A program made the translations under genes and the position numbers. This document shows, piece after piece, positions 37,210 to 42,504 of a DNA stretch of 42,504 nt; the first letter of the stretch is position 1, and each line of letters begins with the position of its first letter. Location: positions 1-42,504 of the forward strand of contig CAZIEQ010000001.1 in assembly GCA_964538725.1 (NCBI GenBank). Reading direction: 5' to 3'. The DNA is from an uncultured Acidimicrobiia bacterium (GTDB lineage: Bacteria > Actinomycetota > Acidimicrobiia > Spongiisociales > JAOTWH01). The notes under the pieces are model-generated. The model searched no databases, was not told where the DNA came from, and saw nothing but the letters and a program-made list of their open reading frames with translations.

Positions 37210-38745
37210 ATGGGTCCACTGAAAAAGAGGCGGGGGCGTATTCTCCGCAAAGGGGGCGGAGGCGCCACCGAGGAGCGCAAGCTACACAAGGTCGGCCGCC
37301 ACACAGTTGAGGTACGCCGGGTCGTCGAAACGACCCGCGTCAAAGAATCGTCACAGAAACCTCTCCCCAAGGGGCGGCGGCGACGGGATCGCCACCAGGC
37401 CGGCCCACCCCGCACCACTGACGTCATCGTTCCTCCCGAGACCGAGCGCAAGCAGATGCTGGTGCGAACCCTGCCCCACCAGGTGCAGATCGTGGTTCTC
37501 GAAGGGCCGGTGCTGGTGGAGCATTACGTGGCTCGGGAAGACAAGCGGAGCCTGGTCGGCAACGTCTACCTGGGAAAGGTGCGCAACGTCCTCCCCGGCA
37601 TGGAGGCGGCTTTCGTCGACTTCGGTGAAGGCAAGAACGGTGTCCTGTATGCAGGCGATGTGCACTCTGCAGCGGTCGACGGCAACGGCGGCCGCCGCAA
37701 GCCGCGTATCGAGCGGGCTGTGAAACAGGGTGAGGAGATCCTCGTTCAGGTGTCCAAGGACGCCATGGGGCACAAGGGGGCGCGTCTGACGAACGAAATC
37801 AGCCTTCCCGGCCGCTACCTGGTGCTGGCCCCCCGTTCCGTCATGCGAGGGATCAGCCGCCGCATCCCCGATGAGGAGCGTGAACGGTTGCGGAACGCGA
37901 TACAGGGTATGGACGTCGACGGCTTCGGCGTGATAGTCCGCACGGCTGCGGGGGGAGCCTCCGACGATGATCTGGCGTCGGATATCGGCCGGCTGCGGGC
38001 GGTGTGGGAGCAGATCGAGAAGGCGGTTCCCGACGGTCCCGCACCGCGGCTGCTCTACGAGGAGCCGCCCCTGGTGATTCGGGTCATCAGGGAGCACTTC
38101 ACGCGCGACTTCCGTCGGCTGTTGATCGACGACCGTGACACGTTCGAGCTCGTCGTCGAGTACCTGCGGCGAACCGAGCCTCATCTCGCCGACAAGGTGC
38201 GCCGCTACGAAGACTCGATGGGTCTGTTCGAACGGTTCCATGTTCACGATCAGATCCGCAAGGCACTCGATCGCAAAGTGTGGCTCCCCAGCGGCGGCCA
38301 CGTTGTCATCGACCGCACCGAGGCCCTGACAGTCATCGACGTCAACACCGGCCGGTTCGTCGGACATTCGAATCTGGAAGACACGGTTTTACAGAACAAT
38401 CTCGAGGCTGCCGAGGAGATCGCCCGCCAGCTGCGCCTGCGCGACATCGGAGGGATCATCGTCATCGACTTCATCGACATGGAGGTTGCCCACAACAGGG
38501 AGCAGGTCCTCAAGCGGCTCAGAGAGCACCTTGCGAAGGACAAGACCAGGTCCCAGGTGTTCGACGTGTCGAACCTGGGCCTGGTGGAGATGACCCGCAA
38601 GAATGTCTCCGAGGGACTGTTGGAGACATTCAGCGAGGTGTGCGACAAGTGCGCCGGCAGGGGTGTGCTGCTGTATGAGGAGGCTGCCATCGCCGGCCGC
38701 CCCATGCCCCGCGACGACAGCGGCGGGCAGCAGGACAGCCGTTGA
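37210..38745 (+). CDS. rne: Ribonuclease E/G family endoribonuclease with Arg-rich N-terminal extension
   Basis: 511 aa with an S1 domain (VGNVYLGKVRNVLPGMEAAFVDFG) and a catalytic core (DVNTGRFVG...IIVIDFIDM). About 80 Arg/Lys-rich residues precede the core. GAGGAG lies 9 nt upstream of the ATG. The symbol is given by synteny (ndk...rne-rplU-rpmA-obg); the size is closer to RNase G. Confidence 0.85.
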   Translation: MGPLKKRRGRILRKGGGGATEERKLHKVGRHTVEVRRVVETTRVKESSQKPLPKGRRRRDRHQAGPPRTTDVIVPPETERKQMLVRTLPHQVQIVVLEGPVLVEHYVAREDKRSLVGNVYLGKVRNVLPGMEAAFVDFGEGKNGVLYAGDVHSAAVDGNGGRRKPRIERAVKQGEEILVQVSKDAMGHKGARLTNEISLPGRYLVLAPRSVMRGISRRIPDEERERLRNAIQGMDVDGFGVIVRTAAGGASDDDLASDIGRLRAVWEQIEKAVPDGPAPRLLYEEPPLVIRVIREHFTRDFRRLLIDDRDTFELVVEYLRRTEPHLADKVRRYEDSMGLFERFHVHDQIRKALDRKVWLPSGGHVVIDRTEALTVIDVNTGRFVGHSNLEDTVLQNNLEAAEEIARQLRLRDIGGIIVIDFIDMEVAHNREQVLKRLREHLAKDKTRSQVFDVSNLGLVEMTRKNVSEGLLETFSEVCDKCAGRGVLLYEEAAIAGRPMPRDDSGGQQDSR

Positions 38746-38789
38746 CACACCGCTAAGCTGGGGCCTCGATCCCCCAAGGAACCCAACGT

Positions 38790-39152
38790 ATGTACGCGAT
38801 CATCCGTACCGGCGGCAAGCAGGCCAAGGTCCGCGAAGGCGACGTCATCGACGTTGAGAGGCTGCGCTCCGAGGGTGAGGTGACCTTCACCCCGCTTCTC
38901 ATCGTTGCCGACGACGGCAAGGTGACGTCGGGACGGGACGCGCTGGAGAAGGCAACCGTCACCGCCAGGATCCTCGGTCCCAGTCAAGGCCCCAAGATCG
39001 ACGCCCTCAAGTACAAGGCGAAGACCGGTTACCGGCGCCGCTACGGCCATCGCCAGAAGTACACCCGTATCGAAGTCACCAGAATCGATTCCGGCAGGCC
39101 GAAGCGATCCAAGAAGCCGGCCGCCGAGGTCGACAGCACCGAGGAGAGCTGA
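38790..39152 (+). CDS. rplU: 50S ribosomal protein L21
   Basis: [23 protein letters not shown]... is canonical L21, here with a basic C-terminal tail. Confidence 0.95.
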   Translation: MYAIIRTGGKQAKVREGDVIDVERLRSEGEVTFTPLLIVADDGKVTSGRDALEKATVTARILGPSQGPKIDALKYKAKTGYRRRYGHRQKYTRIEVTRIDSGRPKRSKKPAAEVDSTEES

Positions 39153-39153
39153 C

Positions 39154-39405
39154 ATGTCCAAGACGAAATCCGGCGGGTCGAGCCGCAACGGCCGCGACTC
39201 CCATTCGAAACGCCTCGGGCCGAAGGTCTTCGACGGGCAGGCAGTCAACGCCGGCACGATCCTCGTGCGTCAGCGGGGTACCCGCATCCACCCCGGCGAC
39301 AACGTGGGTCGCGGCAGCGACGACACCCTGTTCGCCACCACGACCGGAGTGGTGCGCTACGGCCACCGTCGAGGACGGCGCCATGTCTCCGTCGAGGCCT
39401 CCTAG
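39154..39405 (+). CDS. rpmA: 50S ribosomal protein L27
   Basis: [47 protein letters not shown] is canonical L27. Confidence 0.95.
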   Translation: MSKTKSGGSSRNGRDSHSKRLGPKVFDGQAVNAGTILVRQRGTRIHPGDNVGRGSDDTLFATTTGVVRYGHRRGRRHVSVEAS

Positions 39406-39430
39406 AAGGGTTCCGCCGCTCGACTACCGC

Positions 39431-39454
39431 TGTCGGCTGTCTCGACAGCCGACA
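39431..39454 (+). terminator. 10-bp-stem hairpin between rpmA and obg (attenuator/terminator candidate)
   Basis: TGTCGGCTGT-CTCG-ACAGCCGACA lies 26 nt after the rpmA stop and 19 nt before the obg start. There is no U tract. Confidence 0.4.
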
Positions 39455-39472
39455 CCTTCCGACTGACGCCGG

Positions 39473-40738
39473 ATGTTTGTCGACCGGGTCACGCTCCATC
39501 TGCGAGGCGGCGACGGGGGTGCTGGAGTCGTCGCGTTCCGTCGGGTCCGTGGCCGGCCCAAAGGTAAGCCTGAAGGGGGTTCGGGAGCCAGGGGGGGCGA
39601 CGTGTGGCTGCTGGCGGACCCGGATGTCACCACGCTGCTGCGTTACCGGACCCGGTCACGGTATTCCGCCGGGACCGGAGGTCACGGACAGGGCGATCTC
39701 CGTCACGGACATCGAGGTGCCGACCTGGAGCTTGGGGTGCCGCTGGGGACCATCGTTCGTGATCCGGGCGGGACGATGATCGCCGACCTGGTGCGGGCAG
39801 GCCAGCGCGTACGGGTCTGTCGAGGCGGCCGGGGAGGCCGCGGCAACGCCGCCTTCACCGGGCCGCGCCGCAAAGCTCCCGGGTTCGCCGAGCAGGGCGA
39901 ATACGGCGAGCAAGCAGACGTTGTGTTGGAGTTGAAGTTGCTTGCCGACGCCGCCCTCATCGGGTTTCCCAACGCCGGCAAGAGCACTTTGATCGCGTCT
40001 GTGTCCGCCGCTCGCCCCAAGGTTGCCGACTACCCATTCACCACATTGGAGCCGACATTGGGAGTGGTCGCCGTCGACGATGTGGAGTTCGTCCTCGCCG
40101 ATATCCCGGGCCTGGTTGAAGGTGCCGCGGCCGGCAAGGGGCTGGGCCACGAGTTCCTGCGTCATGCGGAACGTGCCCGGGTGCTGGTCGTGCTGTTGGA
40201 TCCCACTGCTCTGCAGCCGGTCCCTCCCGCCCGCCAGCACGACGTGCTGATAGGCGAGTTGGCCGCCCACGGCGAGGACCTCGCATCCCGTCCCCGCATC
40301 GTGGCGCTGAACAAGACGGACGCTGTCACCGACGTCGTCGACATCGCCAAGTGGGCGGATGCGGCCGCCCTCCAGCTCCACCACGTGTCTGCGGCGACCG
40401 GCGCCGGCGTGGTGGAGTTGATGCGATCTGTAGCCGCAGCCGTCGACGTCTCGGCACGCTCCCTGCCTGAGAGGGCCGGATATGTGCTGCACCGCCCTGC
40501 AGCACACGGATTCACCGTGACCCGTAAGGGCCTGCAGTGGGTGGTGGAGGGTCTCGCCGCACAGCGTGCAGTGGCATTGTCCGACCTGACCCAGCCTGAG
40601 GCCGCTGCCTTGGCGGCACGCCGGCTGCAGCGGGCCGGGGTGGAGGAGGCGCTGCGTCGTGCGGGGGCTCAGCCCGGCGATGAGGTCTGCATCGGCGACC
40701 TCGTCTTCGAATTCCAGGAACACCAACCGACCGACTGA
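39473..40738 (+). CDS. obg: GTPase Obg/CgtA
   Basis: 421 aa with MFVDRVTLHLRGGDGGAG (Obg fold), G1 GFPNAGKST, G3 DIPGL and G4 NKTD. Confidence 0.93.
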   Translation: MFVDRVTLHLRGGDGGAGVVAFRRVRGRPKGKPEGGSGARGGDVWLLADPDVTTLLRYRTRSRYSAGTGGHGQGDLRHGHRGADLELGVPLGTIVRDPGGTMIADLVRAGQRVRVCRGGRGGRGNAAFTGPRRKAPGFAEQGEYGEQADVVLELKLLADAALIGFPNAGKSTLIASVSAARPKVADYPFTTLEPTLGVVAVDDVEFVLADIPGLVEGAAAGKGLGHEFLRHAERARVLVVLLDPTALQPVPPARQHDVLIGELAAHGEDLASRPRIVALNKTDAVTDVVDIAKWADAAALQLHHVSAATGAGVVELMRSVAAAVDVSARSLPERAGYVLHRPAAHGFTVTRKGLQWVVEGLAAQRAVALSDLTQPEAAALAARRLQRAGVEEALRRAGAQPGDEVCIGDLVFEFQEHQPTD

Positions 40739-40793
40739 CGTTCTCGGTCGCTCGCCGAGTCCACAACGAGCGGCGGCTGTGGATAAGCTGCTG

Positions 40794-40810
40794 TTGCAAC
40801 CGGCTTGCAA
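40794..40810. promoter_or_regulatory. Perfect 6-5-6 inverted repeat TTGCAA-ccggc-TTGCAA (Nur-box-like operator candidate)
   Basis: It ends 7 nt upstream of the first candidate start of the NiCoT gene. It matches my recollection of the Streptomyces Nur (nickel-responsive Fur-family) box, tTGCaa-N5-ttGCAA. It could equally form a 7-bp RNA hairpin that occludes the ribosome-binding region. Confidence 0.45.
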
Positions 40811-40817
40811 CAATGGG

Positions 40818-41726
40818 ATGGTGTGTATGGGCGTCGCCTTGGGGGCGGCAAGCGAAAGCGGTCTGGGAGTTGGGCTGCTGGCGGCGGCTGTGCTGCTGGG
40901 CCTGCGACATGGCATCGACTGGGACCACATCGCAGCCATCACCGATATCGCTGCCTCGCAGGAGAACCCTCGGGACGGCCTCGTGTTGGGAACACGCTAT
41001 GTCCTCGGCCACGCAGCAGTCGTCTTCGTTCTCGGGGTGGTTGCGATCATGACCGGTAAGAGCCTTCCTGACGGCATCGACGCTGCCATGGGCCGTGTGG
41101 TCGGTTGGACACTCGTTGCCCTCGGGCTGTACGTCACCTATTCGCTGATACGGGATCGGGGCCGTTTCCGGATGCGCAGCCGCTGGATGCTGATTCTGGC
41201 GGTGGTCCGCCGCGGATGGGGAGCTGTGCGCAGCCTGCTGCCGGCGGGCCGTTCGGTGCCGCGTGGTCACAGCCACGCCCATGCCGCCGCTCCCGGCATC
41301 CACCACGGAGCCGGATCCGGTGACGCTGCCGGTTCCGTGCCGGGGCAGCCGTTCACAGCCCCGTTGCATTCCCACGCCCATGACCACGACGAGGCCTTCC
41401 CGCAGTGGAGCGGTGCAACCTCGGTCGGTATAGGCATGCTGCACGGTGTGGGTGCCGAAACGCCGACCCAGGTGGTGGTTTTCCTTGCAGCTGCCAGCGC
41501 CGGAGGCACCACCGCAGGGCTGACGGTGCTGATCGCGTTCATCGCAGGTCTCGTGGTCTCCAACTCGGCGATCACGATCCTGAGCGCAGCCGGTTTCCTC
41601 GCCGCGGACCGGCACCGCGCGGTGTACGTATCTCTGGGCATCGCCACCGCGGCGGTGAGCCTTCTGCTCGGGGGGATGCTCGTGCTGGGCCGCGGCGCCG
41701 CCCTGCCGGCCCTCTTCGCCGGTTGA
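40818..41726 (+). CDS. NiCoT/NicO-family nickel(cobalt) permease (HoxN/NixA-like) with His-rich loop
   Basis: An internal ATG of ORF 40659..41726, whose 5' part overlaps obg; ATG 40827 is an alternative. It has the TM2 signature RHGIDWDH (HX4DH), then LGHAAVV and GVGAETPTQ, resembling NiCoT motifs. The central loop is HSHAHAAAPGIHHG...HSHAHDHDE. Confidence 0.8.
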   Translation: MVCMGVALGAASESGLGVGLLAAAVLLGLRHGIDWDHIAAITDIAASQENPRDGLVLGTRYVLGHAAVVFVLGVVAIMTGKSLPDGIDAAMGRVVGWTLVALGLYVTYSLIRDRGRFRMRSRWMLILAVVRRGWGAVRSLLPAGRSVPRGHSHAHAAAPGIHHGAGSGDAAGSVPGQPFTAPLHSHAHDHDEAFPQWSGATSVGIGMLHGVGAETPTQVVVFLAAASAGGTTAGLTVLIAFIAGLVVSNSAITILSAAGFLAADRHRAVYVSLGIATAAVSLLLGGMLVLGRGAALPALFAG

Positions 41727-41771
41727 GACAACGGTGCGTGGCGGGGCACAGCCCTCGGATACACTCGTCTC

Positions 41772-42504
41772 GTGAACGGCGACACGACGACGGCGGAGCC
41801 AGTCCCAAGCGCCGGTCCCACTGCCGTCGGTGAGGGCCTGCGTCGGGTCGGCTACCTGGCAGATGACAGGATCGCTCAGGTCGTTCATCTGGCGGAGCGG
41901 CTCGACAAGCCGGTTCTGGTTGAAGGCCCCGCAGGTGTCGGCAAGACGGAGCTCGCCAAAGCTGTCGCCGCGATGACCGGCCGCCCGCTCGTACGGCTGC
42001 AGTGCTACGAAGGCCTCGATGAGGCCAAAGCTCTCTACGAGTGGAACTACCGCAAGCAGCTGCTGCGCCTACAGGCCGACCAGGCACGAACGTGGGAGGA
42101 TGTCTCCGACGACATCTTCGGCGCCGAGTTTCTGCTGGAACGACCTCTGCTGCACGCCATCCGGTCGGAAACCGACGTGGTGCTGCTCATCGACGAGGTG
42201 GACCGTGTCGAGATCGAGACTGAGGCCCTCCTGCTCGAGGTACTTGCCGACTTCCAGGTGACGATTCCCGAGCTGGGAACACTGCACGCCGCTTCACGTC
42301 CGCTTGTGTTCCTCACGTCGAACAACACCCGCGACCTTTCGGAGGCGCTGAAGCGCCGCTGTCTGTTCCTGCACATCGGGTATCCGACGACAGAACGGGA
42401 GCGAGACATTCTGCTCACCAGGGTTCCCGACCTTCCGGAGGTGATGGCGGAGCAGATCGCCCGTGTGGTGCGGTCGATCCGCAGGCTGAGAATCCGCAAA
42501 CCGC
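41772..42504 (+). CDS. MoxR-like AAA+ ATPase (AAA_5 type; 3' end beyond window)
   Basis: This frame is not in the supplied ORF track because it has no stop within the window. I translated it from GTG 41772. It has Walker A GPAGVGKTELAK, YEWNYRKQLLRLQ, Walker B VLLIDEVDR and sensor region FLTSNN...LKRRC. The frame is open to nt 42503. Confidence 0.8.
   Translation, partial: MNGDTTTAEPVPSAGPTAVGEGLRRVGYLADDRIAQVVHLAERLDKPVLVEGPAGVGKTELAKAVAAMTGRPLVRLQCYEGLDEAKALYEWNYRKQLLRLQADQARTWEDVSDDIFGAEFLLERPLLHAIRSETDVVLLIDEVDRVEIETEALLLEVLADFQVTIPELGTLHAASRPLVFLTSNNTRDLSEALKRRCLFLHIGYPTTERERDILLTRVPDLPEVMAEQIARVVRSIRRLRIRKP

Overview
High-GC bacterial chromosomal window (about two-thirds G+C by eye, not computed). 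It is densely coding and largely follows a gene order I recognise from Actinobacteria. From left to right: prfB-ftsE-ftsX-(coiled-coil M23 peptidase)-smpB-ssrA; a small accessory patch (Cys-rich ORF, MFS transporter, hypothetical protein, Rieske-ThDP enzyme); thiI divergent from arcA; an LCP ligase divergent from an ABC-2 exporter; JAMM-MBL-rph-rdgB; a six-tRNA cluster with one embedded ORF; tig-clpP-clpX; a class IV aminotransferase; an LPXTG surface protein; valS-folC-ndk-mreB-mreC-mreD-pbp2-rodA-tdk-rne-rplU-rpmA-obg; then a NiCoT nickel permease and a MoxR-type AAA+ ATPase that runs off the right edge. I call 39 CDS, 6 tRNAs, one tmRNA, one intragenic tandem repeat, four strong hairpins and one candidate operator. 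I do not see a clear-cut new multi-gene system: there is no CRISPR, integrase, transposase, recognisable defence or toxin-antitoxin module. The items most worth a second look are: (1) a Rieske [2Fe-2S] domain fused to a PoxB-like ThDP enzyme and coupled to an unknown protein; (2) a lower-GC ORF with an HTH and a LAGLIDADG-like motif inside the tRNA cluster; (3) a roughly 400-nt structured, terminator-containing region upstream of valS; (4) a perfect TTGCAA-N5-TTGCAA inverted repeat in front of the nickel permease; (5) an 8-cysteine mini-protein just after ssrA. All calls rest on reading motifs and synteny by eye. No database search or folding program was run, and start codons chosen inside the supplied ORFs are inferences.
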